This document shows, piece after piece, positions 46,181-56,135 of a DNA stretch of 64,000 nt; position 1 is the first letter of the stretch; every line of letters starts with the position of its first letter. The notes beneath the pieces are model-generated. The model was not told the origin of the DNA, did not search any database, and was given only the letters and a program-made list of their open reading frames with translations. This DNA is from an uncultured Acidobacteriota bacterium. GTDB taxonomy: Bacteria > Acidobacteriota > Thermoanaerobaculia > Multivoradales > UBA5704. Position numbers and translations under genes: made by a program. The DNA is taken from contig OY969474.1 of assembly GCA_963700145.1 (NCBI GenBank), forward strand, positions 352,001-416,000. Direction: 5' to 3'.

Positions 46181-47638
46181 CTACGCCGGCAGCTCCCCTC
46201 CCACCACCCGCTTGACCTCCGTCCCGGCCGGGATCCGCTCGTTGCCTTCGACGTGGTTGATGATGGCCAGGGTCTCGAGGTCCACGGTCGAGGGGTAGCG
46301 GCGCGCGAACTCCTCGAGGGTCATGGCGCTCGGCAGGGTCACCACGTCCACCCGCTTCGGCTGGACGTCGAGCAAGCGGCGGTCGGTCACCCGCTCGAAG
46401 CTGCCGATGGCGCCGGAGAGCAGATCGTCGTAGCCGTTCCAGCGGTTCTGCGTCGTGTAGCCGAGGAGCTGGTAGACCTTGCCGCCCAGCTCGACGAAGG
46501 CGGCGATCCCCTGCAGGCTCGGCTGCTGCTGCCGCGCCACGCCGAAGACGTTGGCGACCGCCGGCAGGCCGCCGAGGCTGGCGCGCAACGCCGGGCCCTG
46601 CTGCACGCCCTGCTGGCCGAAGAACTCGCGCGCCGCCTGCTCGGGGGAGCTGCGGCCGGAGAGGGTGAGGACGACGACGGCGTCCTCCTGAGGGCTGATC
46701 GCTCCCACCGCCTGCTTCTGGTTGCTCGGCTTCCACCCCTGAGGAAACGTCAGTTGGAAGCCGAGCTCGGGATGGACGAAGGTGTTGCCGCGGAAGTAGC
46801 CCTCGCGCGGGTTGTCGCCGAAGACGACGCCGTCCATGGCCTGCAGGTAGCGCTCACGCGCCACGTCGCCGCCGGGGGCGGGGAGCTTCGCCACCTCTGC
46901 CGAGATCCGCTGGATGCGGTCTTCCGGCGTCGGGTGGGTGGCGAGCCAGCCGGGCACCCGCCCCTGCTTCTGCTGCGCGCTCACCCGCCGCAGCACGTCG
47001 AAGACCTCCACCATCTCGCGCGCGTCGTAGCTGCCGCCGGAGAGGTAGCGGAGGCCCAGCGAGTCGGCCTCCCGCTCGTCGTCGCGGCTGTACTTCAGGA
47101 AGAGGAGCCCGAGGCCGGCCTGCGCCAGGTCGCCGTAGTTGCGCAGCTCCGGCTGGAGGATCATGCCGACGGCCAGCCCGATCGAGGCGAGCTGCGCCTT
47201 GGACAGCCGCTCCACGGTGTGGCGGCCGGTGATGTGGCCGATCTCGTGACCGAGGACCGAGGCCAGCTCGGCCTCGGAGTCGAGGTGGGTCATCAGCCCG
47301 CGGGTGACGTAGACGTAGCCGCCCGGCAGGGCGAAGGCGTTGACGATCGGGTCGTCGAGGACGCGGAAGGTCCAGGGGAGGTCGGGGCGCTCGGACTTGG
47401 CGGCGAGCGCCTTGCCGACGCGGTCGACGTAGGCCTGCAGCTTCTCGTCCGGATAGAGCCCCATGGTGGCGGCGATCTCCTGGTCCGCCTGGCGGCCCAT
47501 CTCGATCTCCTGCCCCTGGCCCATCAGCGCCAGCTGCTGCTTGCCGGTCGCCGGATTCGTCGAGCAGGCGGCAGCCGCCAAGGCCAGCGCGAGGAGGGCT
47601 GCGGAGGTCCTGTGGCGTAGAGTCTCGATGTGGTGCAT
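46181..47638 (-). CDS. M48-family metalloprotease lipoprotein (BepA/YfgC-like)
   Basis: Lipobox AAAC; NAFALPGG, HEIGH, EREAD and THP motifs. Confidence 0.9.
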   Translation of the reverse strand: MHHIETLRHRTSAALLALALAAAACSTNPATGKQQLALMGQGQEIEMGRQADQEIAATMGLYPDEKLQAYVDRVGKALAAKSERPDLPWTFRVLDDPIVNAFALPGGYVYVTRGLMTHLDSEAELASVLGHEIGHITGRHTVERLSKAQLASIGLAVGMILQPELRNYGDLAQAGLGLLFLKYSRDDEREADSLGLRYLSGGSYDAREMVEVFDVLRRVSAQQKQGRVPGWLATHPTPEDRIQRISAEVAKLPAPGGDVARERYLQAMDGVVFGDNPREGYFRGNTFVHPELGFQLTFPQGWKPSNQKQAVGAISPQEDAVVVLTLSGRSSPEQAAREFFGQQGVQQGPALRASLGGLPAVANVFGVARQQQPSLQGIAAFVELGGKVYQLLGYTTQNRWNGYDDLLSGAIGSFERVTDRRLLDVQPKRVDVVTLPSAMTLEEFARRYPSTVDLETLAIINHVEGNERIPAGTEVKRVVGGELPA

Positions 47639-47749
47639 GAGGAACCTCCTTGTTTACCGTCCTTGGGCGGGCGGCGCTGCCGAGGGCCGTTGCAAGCGGG
47701 GTGCCTCGACTCGGCAACCTTTGGCCCCGCCGCCCGTATGAGGGACACC

Positions 47750-48412
47750 ATGCGCCAGGCCCTCCTCACCCTGCTCGCCCTGCTGGTCCCGGCCGCGGCC
47801 TTCGCCGCCGCCGACAAGCCGGGGGTGCGCACGCTCGACGCGCGCTTCGCCTGCGCCGGCGTCGAGCTGGTCGAGCTGGAGTTCCCGGTGGGCGAGGTGC
47901 ACATCGCCGCCCACGACGGCCGCGACCTCCTGGTCAAGGTCGAGCTCGCCTGCGAGACCCGGCGCAGCCGCTCCTGCCAGGAGGCGGCGCAGGCGGTGCG
48001 GCTGGTGGGGAAGGTGGACGACGAGCGGCTGCACGTCGAGCTGACTAACTGGCCGCGGGTGGGCGCTCGCGGGATGGAGGCGCGCGCCAAGGTCCAGGTG
48101 CCGCGCTTCCTCGCCCTGCGCTGCGACCTCGGCGTCGGCGAGCTCAAGATCAGCGGCATGGAGCGCGACGTGGCGATCGACATCGGCGTCGGCGAGGTCC
48201 ACGTCTCGATGCCGGAGCACGCCGTGGGGTCGGTGGACCTCGACGTCGGCGTCGGCGAGGCCGACCTCTCGACGTCGCGCGGCCGGCAGGCGGGCAAGGG
48301 CTTCATCGCCAAGGAGCTGCACTGGCGCAAGGGGAAGGGCGAGGCGGCCGTCAAGGTCGACTGCGGGGTCGGCGAGATCAACGTCGCCCTGGTCGGCAAG
48401 CCGCCGCTCTGA
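47750..48412 (+). CDS. Secreted hypothetical protein with DxGVGE repeats (adhesin/beta-solenoid-like)
   Basis: Signal peptide; DLGVGEL, DIGVGEV, DVGVGEA and DCGVGEI repeats. Confidence 0.65.
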   Translation: MRQALLTLLALLVPAAAFAAADKPGVRTLDARFACAGVELVELEFPVGEVHIAAHDGRDLLVKVELACETRRSRSCQEAAQAVRLVGKVDDERLHVELTNWPRVGARGMEARAKVQVPRFLALRCDLGVGELKISGMERDVAIDIGVGEVHVSMPEHAVGSVDLDVGVGEADLSTSRGRQAGKGFIAKELHWRKGKGEAAVKVDCGVGEINVALVGKPPL

Positions 48413-48475
48413 TCGCCCGTTCGACGCGGCTCGCCGGCCGCCGCGGCTGGTGAGCCTCTTGCAGGACCGCGCCGC

Positions 48476-49294
48476 ATGCGCCCGACCCGCCGCGCGGTCC
48501 CGTCTGCCACTCTCACTCTCGTCTTCCTTCTCTCCGCCGCCAGCGCCGTTCCCGCCGCCGAGCCCGTTGCGGACGAGCCGGCGCCGGCCGGCGCCGCGGC
48601 GCTGGTGCGCCAGGACTACACCCGCTTCTACTCGACGCGCCGGCTGATCCGGCTGGCCGCGGCCTTCGCCGCCGGCGGCGCCCTGGCCAACAGAGACGGC
48701 GACGAGCAGGCGCGCGAGTGGTACCTCGACGAGGTGCGGCCGGCGGGCGAGAGCGACGCCTTCGGCGAGACGGTCAAGGCGATCGGCGAGGGGGAGGTGG
48801 TGATGCCGGTCTTCGTCGCCGCCGCCTTCGCCGCCGGCCTCGGGCCGCGCGGCCCGGAGCCCGGCGCGCCGGCCACCTGGCTCCGCCGCTCGGCGCGCGC
48901 CTACCTGGTCGGCGCCCCGGCGCTCTACTACCTGCAGCAGATCACCGGCGGCGCGCGTCCCGGCGAGCCGGAGGGCTCGGGCTGGGAGCCCTTCCACGGC
49001 AACCACGGGGTGAGCGGCCACGCCTTCGTCGGCGCGGTGCCCTTCCTCACCCTGGCGCGGCAGAGCCCGCGGCCGGCGGTCAAGGTGCTGGCGGTGACCG
49101 CGTCCACGCTCACGTCCATCGAGCGGCTGCGCGAGGACCAGCACTTCCTGTCGCAGGTCCTCCTCGGCTGGTTCCTGGCCTGGGAGGCGACCGGCGCGAT
49201 CGCCGAGTCCGACCGCCCTGCCGTCCGCCCGGCCGTAGCGCCCCTGGCGGCACGCGGCGGCGGCGGCGGTCTGCTCCTCGTCTGGCGCTTCTGA
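48476..49294 (+). CDS. PAP2-superfamily phosphatase-like protein
   Basis: GARP, SGH and RxxxxxH (RLREDQH) motifs, partly degenerate. Confidence 0.7.
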   Translation: MRPTRRAVPSATLTLVFLLSAASAVPAAEPVADEPAPAGAAALVRQDYTRFYSTRRLIRLAAAFAAGGALANRDGDEQAREWYLDEVRPAGESDAFGETVKAIGEGEVVMPVFVAAAFAAGLGPRGPEPGAPATWLRRSARAYLVGAPALYYLQQITGGARPGEPEGSGWEPFHGNHGVSGHAFVGAVPFLTLARQSPRPAVKVLAVTASTLTSIERLREDQHFLSQVLLGWFLAWEATGAIAESDRPAVRPAVAPLAARGGGGGLLLVWRF

Positions 49295-49308
49295 CCTACG
49301 ATACGGGC

Positions 49309-49764
49309 GTGCCCCCCTTCACGCCGGCGACGCCCGACTTCGCCGAGCGGGTGCGCGACACCTTCGGCCGCCAGGCGCTGATGGCGACGCTCGGCGCCAC
49401 GCTGCTGCGCGTGGCCCCCGGCGAGGCGGAGATCGAGTTCCCGTTCCACCCCGAGCTGACGCAGCAGCACGGCTACCTGCACGCCGGCGTGGTGACCGCG
49501 GTCGTCGACACCGCCTGCGGCGTCGCGGCCTTCAGCCTGATGCCGGCCGGCGCGGCGGTGCTGTCGGTGGAGTACAAGGTGAACCTCTTCGCCCCGGCGC
49601 GCGGCGAGCGCTTCCGCGCCCGCGGCCGGGTGGTGCGCGCGGGGCGCACCCTGACCGTCTGCAGCGGCGACGTCGTGGCCCTCGACGCCGGCGGCGGTGA
49701 GACGCCGATCGCCACCATGCTGGCGACGATGATGGCGGTCGTCGGGCGCGGGATCAGCGGCTGA
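49309..49764 (+). CDS. PaaI-family thioesterase
   Basis: QQHGYLHAGV..DTACG and VEYKVN motifs. Confidence 0.9.
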   Translation: MPPFTPATPDFAERVRDTFGRQALMATLGATLLRVAPGEAEIEFPFHPELTQQHGYLHAGVVTAVVDTACGVAAFSLMPAGAAVLSVEYKVNLFAPARGERFRARGRVVRAGRTLTVCSGDVVALDAGGGETPIATMLATMMAVVGRGISG

Positions 49765-51457
49765 GGAGGGGGGCCGGCTCAGGCGCGGGCGCGGCGGCGC
49801 GGGCCTGCGGCGGCAGGTGGGCGAGGCCGCGGGTCGGGTCCTTCGGCGGCACCCCGCTCATCGCGTGCTCGGCCAGGGCGGTGATCGTCAGGCTGGGGTT
49901 GACCCCGAGGTTCGCCGGGATCGCCGCGCCGTCCACCACGTACAGCTCGTCGTAGCCGAAGACGCGGTTGGCGGCGTCCACCACCCCCTCATCGGGTGTG
50001 GAGCCCATCGTCGCGCCGCCCATGAGATGGGCGGTCGTCGGGACGTTCAGGAGCACCTCGTTGATCGCGCTCGACGGGAAGGCGTCGACCTTGGCGGCGA
50101 GGGTTTTCGCCGCCTGGTTGGCGATCGGGATGAAGGTCGGGATCGGCGGCTGCCCGGGCTCGGCGCGGCTGGTCAGCGCCTTGCGGAAGGGCCAGAACCA
50201 GCGGCGGGCGCGCACCAGGGCCAGCGAGCTGTCGAGAGTCTGCATGACCAGCAGGATGGTCGAGCGCCGCGCCCAGCCGGTGAGCTTGAAGGTGCGCAGG
50301 AAGTCCACCGGGTGGCGGGCGCAGTTGCCGAGCCAGCGCAGCGGCCGGGTGAGGCGGGTGCCGTCGTCGGTGAGGATGGTGCCGAGCAGGCCCATGGCGT
50401 CCGAGCCGCTGGGGTAGCGCACGACCTCCATGTAGGTGTCGTCGGAGGGGTGGAAGCCGCTGGTGATGGCGAGCCCCTTCGAGTAGTCCACCGCGCCGTC
50501 GCGCGCGGTGAAGCCGCACAAGACCTCGCTGTTGGTGCGCACGAAGCGGCCGAGGGCGGGGGAGAGGCGTGGCAGCGTTCCGGCCTCGCGGCTGCGCAGC
50601 AGGAGGTCGACGGTGCCCAGCGCGCCGGCGGCGAAGACGACGCCGCGGGCGGTGACCGGCCGCCGCCGCTTGCGCAGCTTGCGCGTCGTCGATTCGAGAC
50701 GGAGCCGGTAGCCGGGGCCGTGGCCGCCGGGCCCGGCCAGCGGCTCGACGCGCGTCGCCTTGGTCTCCGGCAGCACCTCGGCGCCGAGCTTCTCGGCGAA
50801 CCAGAGGTAGTTCTTGTCGAGGGTGTTCTTGGCGTTGTGCCGGCACCCCACCATGCAGCCGCCGCACTGCGTGCAGGTGGCGCGCTCCGGCCCCTCGCCG
50901 CCGAAGTAGGGGTCGCCGACGGCCTGGCCCGGGCGCTCGCCGAAGAGCATGCCGACGGTGGTCGGGCGGAAGGTATCCTCGCGGCCGAGCCCGCGGGCGA
51001 AGTCGAGGAGCAGGCGGTCGCCCTCCCAGAGCCGCGGGTTCTCGACCACGCCGAGCATCCGCCGCGCCGTCTCGTAGTGCGGCGCGAGGCGCGCGGGCCA
51101 GTCGACGCCGCGCGGCCAGCCGCCGCGGCCGAAGACCGTGTCCGCCGGCGTCAGCAGGGTGCCGGCGTAGACCAGCGAGCCGCCGCCGACCCCGGCGCCG
51201 GAGAGGACGAGCGTGTCGCGCAGCAGGGTGAGGCGCTGGATGCCGTAGCAGAAGAGCGCCGGGAGCCAGAGGAACTTGCGCAGGTTCCAGTTGGTGCGCG
51301 GGAAGTCCTCGGTGCGCCAGCGCTTGCCGGCCTCGACGACGAGCACGCGGTACCCCTTCTCGGCCAGCCGCAGCGCCGCGACGCTGCCGCCGAAGCCGGA
51401 GCCGACGACGACGTAGTCGTAGTCGAGAACCTCGGAGGCTGAACCCTGTGTCGCCAT
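49754..51457 (-). CDS. GMC oxidoreductase, cholesterol oxidase (ChoD)-like
   Basis: GSGFGG, GVGGGSLVY, CxxCGxCMVGC, KNTLDKNYL, TAHLMGG and GVNPSLTI motifs. Confidence 0.88.
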   Translation of the reverse strand: MATQGSASEVLDYDYVVVGSGFGGSVAALRLAEKGYRVLVVEAGKRWRTEDFPRTNWNLRKFLWLPALFCYGIQRLTLLRDTLVLSGAGVGGGSLVYAGTLLTPADTVFGRGGWPRGVDWPARLAPHYETARRMLGVVENPRLWEGDRLLLDFARGLGREDTFRPTTVGMLFGERPGQAVGDPYFGGEGPERATCTQCGGCMVGCRHNAKNTLDKNYLWFAEKLGAEVLPETKATRVEPLAGPGGHGPGYRLRLESTTRKLRKRRRPVTARGVVFAAGALGTVDLLLRSREAGTLPRLSPALGRFVRTNSEVLCGFTARDGAVDYSKGLAITSGFHPSDDTYMEVVRYPSGSDAMGLLGTILTDDGTRLTRPLRWLGNCARHPVDFLRTFKLTGWARRSTILLVMQTLDSSLALVRARRWFWPFRKALTSRAEPGQPPIPTFIPIANQAAKTLAAKVDAFPSSAINEVLLNVPTTAHLMGGATMGSTPDEGVVDAANRVFGYDELYVVDGAAIPANLGVNPSLTITALAEHAMSGVPPKDPTRGLAHLPPQARAAAPAPEPAPLLSR

Positions 51458-51507
51458 GTTTTGCCGCTGTGCGACGTAGTTTACGTCAGAGTGCGGCAAG
51501 GGCCATG

Positions 51508-51543
51508 TTGACGAGCAAAGAAGTGGTCATCTAAACTGGTCAT
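51508..51543 (+). promoter_or_regulatory. Putative leaderless promoter of the TA operon with a TGGTCAT direct-repeat operator
   Basis: TTGACG-18 bp-TAAACT-6 bp-ATG; two TGGTCAT copies flank the -10. Confidence 0.5.
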
Positions 51544-51807
51544 ATGAAGACCATGAGCGCGACGGAGTTCAAGGCCAAGTGCCTGGCGATCCTCGACGAG
51601 GTCGCGGAGACCGGTGAGCCGCTGACGATCCTCAAGCGGGGGCGGGAGATCGCGACGCTGGTGCCGCCGCTCTCGGCCGGTGAGCCTTACCCTCAGCACA
51701 CACTCCTTGGCACGGTCGAGATCCGGGAGGGTGTGGACCCCACGGAGCCGGTGCTCTCTCCCGAGGCCTGGGAGGCGGAGGCGGCGCCGCGGCGGCGGCG
51801 GCGGTGA
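51544..51807 (+). CDS. Phd/YefM-family antitoxin
   Basis: 'MSATEFKAKCLAILDEV..TGEPLTILKRGR'. Confidence 0.9.
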   Translation: MKTMSATEFKAKCLAILDEVAETGEPLTILKRGREIATLVPPLSAGEPYPQHTLLGTVEIREGVDPTEPVLSPEAWEAEAAPRRRRR

Positions 51808-52202
51808 GGGCCCTCCTCGACACACATGTCCTCCTCTGGTGGCTCGAGCCCAGCCGCCGCCTCTCGCCGGCGCAACGGGAAGTGCTCGACCGCGCCGGCT
51901 CCCCGGACCCTCTCTGGGTGTCCGATATCTCCCTGTGGGAGATCGCGACGCTCGTGGAGCTCGGTCGCATCCGGCTGCAGCTCCCGCTGCGTGAGTGGCT
52001 GGAGCGGGCCACTGCGCCGCCGCTGGTGCGCCGAGTGGGGATCTCGCCGGCCATCGCCGCCGAGCTGGCCGCCCTACCGGCGAGCTTCCACCGCGATCCC
52101 GCCGACCGCATCCTGGTCGCCACGGCGCGGGTCTTCGGCGCCACGCTCCTCACCCAGGACCGGCGGATCGCCGACGCCGGACTGGTGACGACGCTCGGCT
52201 GA
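51804..52202 (+). CDS. vapC: PIN-domain toxin (VapC family)
   Basis: LLDTHVLLW, SLWEI, HRDPADRILVATA and LLTQD motifs; GTGA overlap with the antitoxin. Confidence 0.92.
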   Translation: MRALLDTHVLLWWLEPSRRLSPAQREVLDRAGSPDPLWVSDISLWEIATLVELGRIRLQLPLREWLERATAPPLVRRVGISPAIAAELAALPASFHRDPADRILVATARVFGATLLTQDRRIADAGLVTTLG

Positions 52203-52221
52203 CGTTCCGTGGTGCCGCTTC

Positions 52222-52998
52222 TCAGCTCCTCGCCACCGCCAGCGCAACGGCTCTCACGAGCTCGTCGTCGCTCGGGGCGAGAGCCTCGGCGGCGGGCTCG
52301 ACGCCGAGGCGGCGGAGAGCGCTCGTGGTGACGCCGCCGATCGAGGCGGCGCGAAGTGTCGTGCGGCGAGCCTCCCAGTCCTCGCCGAAGAGTCCCGCGA
52401 AGTGGCGGGCGATGCGCGGGCTGGTGAAGGTGACCCAGCCGAGCGGGCCGGCGGCGAAGAGCGCGGCGGCGCGGGCGGCGGCGTCCGCGGGCAGCCGCTT
52501 GTCGTAGGCGGTGACCGCCACCGCCTCGGCCCCCGCCGCCGCCAGCCCCTCCGCCAGGGTGCCCGCGGCGTCGGCGGCCTGCGGCAGGAGAACCCGCCGG
52601 CGGCGCCCGACCCGCGGCGCCAGGTCGGCGAGCAGGCCGGCGGTGTCCGGCCCGCCCACCAGCGCCGGCTCGACCTCCCAGGCGCGCAGGGCGGCGGCGG
52701 TGGCGCTGCCGACCGCCGCCGCGTGCACCCGCGCCGGCAGCGCGCCGCCCGCCGGCCCGAGCAGCGCCTCGACGGCGTTGGCCGAGGTGAAGACCACCCA
52801 GTCGTAGAGCGGCAGCTCGGCGGCGGCGCGCTCCAGCGGCCGCCGGTCGGCCGGCGGCACGACCTCGAGGAGCGGCAGGCGCTCGACGGCGGCGCCGGCC
52901 GCGGCGAACGCGGCGGCCAGCCCCTCGGCCTGGTGGGCGGCGCGGGTCACCACGACGCGCAGGCCGGCGAGGGGGGCAGGGGGGCTCGGCGCGGTCAC
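52222..52998 (-). CDS. hemD: Uroporphyrinogen-III synthase
   Basis: VVVTRA, FTSANAV, FTSP and SIGGVT motifs; downstream of hemC. Confidence 0.88.
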   Translation of the reverse strand: MTAPSPPAPLAGLRVVVTRAAHQAEGLAAAFAAAGAAVERLPLLEVVPPADRRPLERAAAELPLYDWVVFTSANAVEALLGPAGGALPARVHAAAVGSATAAALRAWEVEPALVGGPDTAGLLADLAPRVGRRRRVLLPQAADAAGTLAEGLAAAGAEAVAVTAYDKRLPADAAARAAALFAAGPLGWVTFTSPRIARHFAGLFGEDWEARRTTLRAASIGGVTTSALRRLGVEPAAEALAPSDDELVRAVALAVARS

Positions 52999-53912
52999 CG
53001 GCTCAGCTCCGCCAGCAACGCCTCGGCGCCAGCAGCGCGCAGGGCGGCGATGCACGCGGCGGCGGCCGCGTCGCCGGTCCCGGCGCCGCGCACCAGCCGC
53101 CGCCCGTCCGGCGAGGCGATCAGCGCGTCCAGCCGCAGCTCCCCACCCGGCTCCTCCCGCGCCCAGGCGGCGAGGGGCAGCGTGCAGTCGCCGCCGAAGG
53201 CCGCCACGACCGCCCGCTCGGCGGCGGCGGCGCGCGCCGTCGGCGGGTGGTCGAGCGCGCGGCAGAGCGCCTCCGCCTCGCCGCCTTGCCGGACCTCGAC
53301 CGCCAGCGTCCCCTGCCCCGGCGCCGGCAGCATCGCCTCCGGCGGGATGGGATGGGCGGGGAGCTCCGCGAGCCCCAGCCGGTCGAGCCCGGCCGCCGCC
53401 AGCACCACCGCCGCCGCCCCCGTCTCCCGCCACTTGCGCAGCCGCGTCTCGACGTTGCCGCGAACCGGCTCGACGGCCAGGTCCGGACGGCGGGCGAGGA
53501 GCTGCGCCCGCCGTCGCAGCGACCCGGTGAGCACGACCGATCCCTCCGGCAGCTCGTCGATCGCCGCCGCCAGCGCGCTCACCAGGACGTCGCGCGGATC
53601 GGCCCGCTCGGGGTAGGCGGCCACGATCAGCCCGTCCGGCAGCGCCGCCGGCAGGTCCTTGAGGCTGTGGACCGCGAGGTCGAGCGTGCCGTCCAGGAGG
53701 CCCTCCTCCAGCTCGCGGGTGAAGAGCCCCTTGCCGCCGTGCTGCGCGAGGTCGCCGGGAAGGACGTCGCCGGTCGTCGTCCGCGGCACCAGCTCGACCG
53801 CCAGGCCCGGGTGCGCGGCCTCCAGCGCCCGCGCCACCAGCCGCGACTGCGCGAGCGCCAAGGGGCTGCGGCGGGTGCCGAGGCGGAGAACCGGGAGGGG
53901 CGCCGCGGTCAA
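52995..53912 (-). CDS. hemC: Hydroxymethylbilane synthase
   Basis: GTRRSPLALAQ, GKGLFT, VHSLKD, RGNVETRL, PAPGQG and GGDC motifs. Confidence 0.95.
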   Translation of the reverse strand: MTAAPLPVLRLGTRRSPLALAQSRLVARALEAAHPGLAVELVPRTTTGDVLPGDLAQHGGKGLFTRELEEGLLDGTLDLAVHSLKDLPAALPDGLIVAAYPERADPRDVLVSALAAAIDELPEGSVVLTGSLRRRAQLLARRPDLAVEPVRGNVETRLRKWRETGAAAVVLAAAGLDRLGLAELPAHPIPPEAMLPAPGQGTLAVEVRQGGEAEALCRALDHPPTARAAAAERAVVAAFGGDCTLPLAAWAREEPGGELRLDALIASPDGRRLVRGAGTGDAAAAACIAALRAAGAEALLAELSR

Positions 53913-55198
53913 GGCTCGTCGTCGAGCCGGAAGAGCTCGCGCACCAGGTCGAGGCGGGCCAGCTCCGAGCCCTCCTCGCGGGCGCGCAGCCGGGCGCTCG
54001 GGTGGTGGAGGATCTTCCGCACCAGCGCGCGGGTGAGCCGCTCGAGCTCCTCGTGGGTGTCGGCGGGGAACTGCGCCAGCGCGGCGGCCAGCTCCTCGCG
54101 GCGGATGCGCTCGGCCTGCTTCTGCAGGCCGGCGATCACCGGCTCGGCGTCGAGGCCGCGGTACCAGGCGCGGAAGCGCTCCAGCTCCTCGTCGATCACC
54201 CCCTCGACCCGCCCCACCTCCTCGCGGCGGCGCTTGAGGTTGCGCTGGATGATCTGCTCCAGCGAGTCGAGGGTGTGGAGGAAGACGTTGCCGAGCCGCG
54301 CCGCCTCCGGCTCGACGTTGCGCGGCACGCCGAGGTCGACGACCAGGAGCTGGCGGCCGCGCCGCGCCGTCATCGCGGCGTGGAGCTGCTCGACGGTGAG
54401 GATCGGCTCCTCGGCGCCGGTCGAGGCGACGACGACGTCGGCGGTCGCCAGCGCCGCCTCGCGCTCGGCGAAGGGGAGCGGCTGGGCGCTCGGGAACTCG
54501 GCGCGGAAGCGCTCGGCGCGCTCGGCCGAGCGGTTGGCGACCAGGAGGGCGGCGACGCCGCGCTCGACCAGGCTGCGCGCCACCAGGCGCGAGGTCTCGC
54601 CGGCGCCGATCAGCAGCACCTTGCACTCGCCGAGCCCCGAGAAGATGTTGCGCGCCAGCTCGACGACCGCGTAGCCGAGCGAGACAGCGCCGCCGGCGAT
54701 CTCGGTCTCGGCGCGGGCGCGGCCGCCGCTGACGGTGGCGGCGCGCAGCAGGCGGCGCAGGACCGGTCCGCACGCCCCGACCGTCTCGGCCAGGGCCGCC
54801 GCCTGCTTGACCTGCCCCAGCACCTCCGGCTCGCCGAGCACCATCGACTCGAGGCCGCTCGCCACCGCCAGCAGGTGGCGCGCCGCCTCGCCGTTGCGCT
54901 TGACGTAGAGCCGCCCGGGCCGCTCCAGATCCGGCGCGCGGCCGAGGAAGACCACCTCCAGCGCCGCGCGGTAGGCGGCCTCCTCGTCGCGCGGCTGGAG
55001 GAGCGCCTCGGTGCGGTTGCAGGTCGAGAGGAGGAAGGCCTCGCCCACCCCCGGCCGCGCCAGCAGGTGGACCAGCACCTCCTCGGCCTCCCGCGCGCCG
55101 TACGCCACCCGCTCGCGCAGCGCCAGCGGCGCGCAGCGGTAGTCCGTCCCCACGAGAAGGAGCGGCGGATCGGGGCGCGGCAGTAAGAGCTCGGACAT
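53909..55198 (-). CDS. hemA: Glutamyl-tRNA reductase
   Basis: LSTCNRTE, SGLESMVLGE, GAGE and DLGVPRN motifs. Confidence 0.95.
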   Translation of the reverse strand: MSELLLPRPDPPLLLVGTDYRCAPLALRERVAYGAREAEEVLVHLLARPGVGEAFLLSTCNRTEALLQPRDEEAAYRAALEVVFLGRAPDLERPGRLYVKRNGEAARHLLAVASGLESMVLGEPEVLGQVKQAAALAETVGACGPVLRRLLRAATVSGGRARAETEIAGGAVSLGYAVVELARNIFSGLGECKVLLIGAGETSRLVARSLVERGVAALLVANRSAERAERFRAEFPSAQPLPFAEREAALATADVVVASTGAEEPILTVEQLHAAMTARRGRQLLVVDLGVPRNVEPEAARLGNVFLHTLDSLEQIIQRNLKRRREEVGRVEGVIDEELERFRAWYRGLDAEPVIAGLQKQAERIRREELAAALAQFPADTHEELERLTRALVRKILHHPSARLRAREEGSELARLDLVRELFRLDDEP

Positions 55199-55201
55199 CG
55201 G

Positions 55202-56050
55202 CTAGAGGAAACCGTGGAAGTCGGTGAAGAAGAGATTCACCGCGACGATCGAGAAGAGGATCGCTCCCAGGCCGGTCAAGCTCACCAGCGCCGTCTGCCG
55301 CCCCTGCCAGCGGCGCAGACGTTTCAGTAACAGGGCGGTGGCGTAGAGCACCCAGGTGGCGAGGGTGAAGGCGATCTTGGGGTCGCGCACCCAGCCGGCC
55401 TGGCCCAGCCGCTCGGCCCAGAAGGCGCCCACGACGACGGCGCCGGTCAGGGCCAGGAAGCCGGCCCAGAGGGCGCCGGTCATCATCCGCTCCAGCACCT
55501 CGAGCGGCGGCAGCTTGCCGTAGAAGGTCGAGAAACGCCCGGCCTTGAGCTCGCGGTAGAGCTGCAGGAAGAGGAAGCCGTAGCCGGCGGCCACCACGAA
55601 GGCGGCGTAGCCCAGGAGCGCCAGCGAGACGTGGGTGGCGAAGAAGGCGTCGTGGAAGACCGGGCGCGGCGGCGGGTCGGGGCGGACGAGCACCGAGGCC
55701 AGGAGCTGGAAGAGGAAGGCGAGCGAGACCAGCCAGAAGCCGGTCGAGCGCTCCCGCCCGTGCCACTCGACGAAGAGGTAGACCGCGGCCACCGCGAAGG
55801 CGACGCACGACAGGGCCTGCGAGACGGTGGCGGCGGGGAGCTGCGCGTGGCGGGCGGTGAGCGCCGCGAGGTAGGCGAGGTGGAGGAGGAGCGTGCCGGC
55901 GAGGAGCGGCGTGGCGGCCCGCCGCGCCCGCTCGCGGTCCGGCCGCTCCCCCCGCGGCGGCGCGCCGAAGAAGAGCACGGCGTAGGCGACCGCGGCGGCC
56001 AGGTAGGCCACCGGCAGCAGGACGAGGGCGGCGCCGAGGAAGGTGTCCAC
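55202..56050 (-). CDS. Cytochrome c assembly protein (CcsA/HemX family)
   Basis: About 8 TM helices; conserved His, LPPLEVLE and DPK motifs; upstream of hemA. Confidence 0.85.
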   Translation of the reverse strand: MDTFLGAALVLLPVAYLAAAVAYAVLFFGAPPRGERPDRERARRAATPLLAGTLLLHLAYLAALTARHAQLPAATVSQALSCVAFAVAAVYLFVEWHGRERSTGFWLVSLAFLFQLLASVLVRPDPPPRPVFHDAFFATHVSLALLGYAAFVVAAGYGFLFLQLYRELKAGRFSTFYGKLPPLEVLERMMTGALWAGFLALTGAVVVGAFWAERLGQAGWVRDPKIAFTLATWVLYATALLLKRLRRWQGRQTALVSLTGLGAILFSIVAVNLFFTDFHGFL

Positions 56051-56135
56051 GATGGAGGCCCTATGCTACTGTCCAGCGGCCTTTCCCGCACCCTTCGAGA
56101 GCGCCCGCCGGGACCCGCACCACGGATCGACCGCC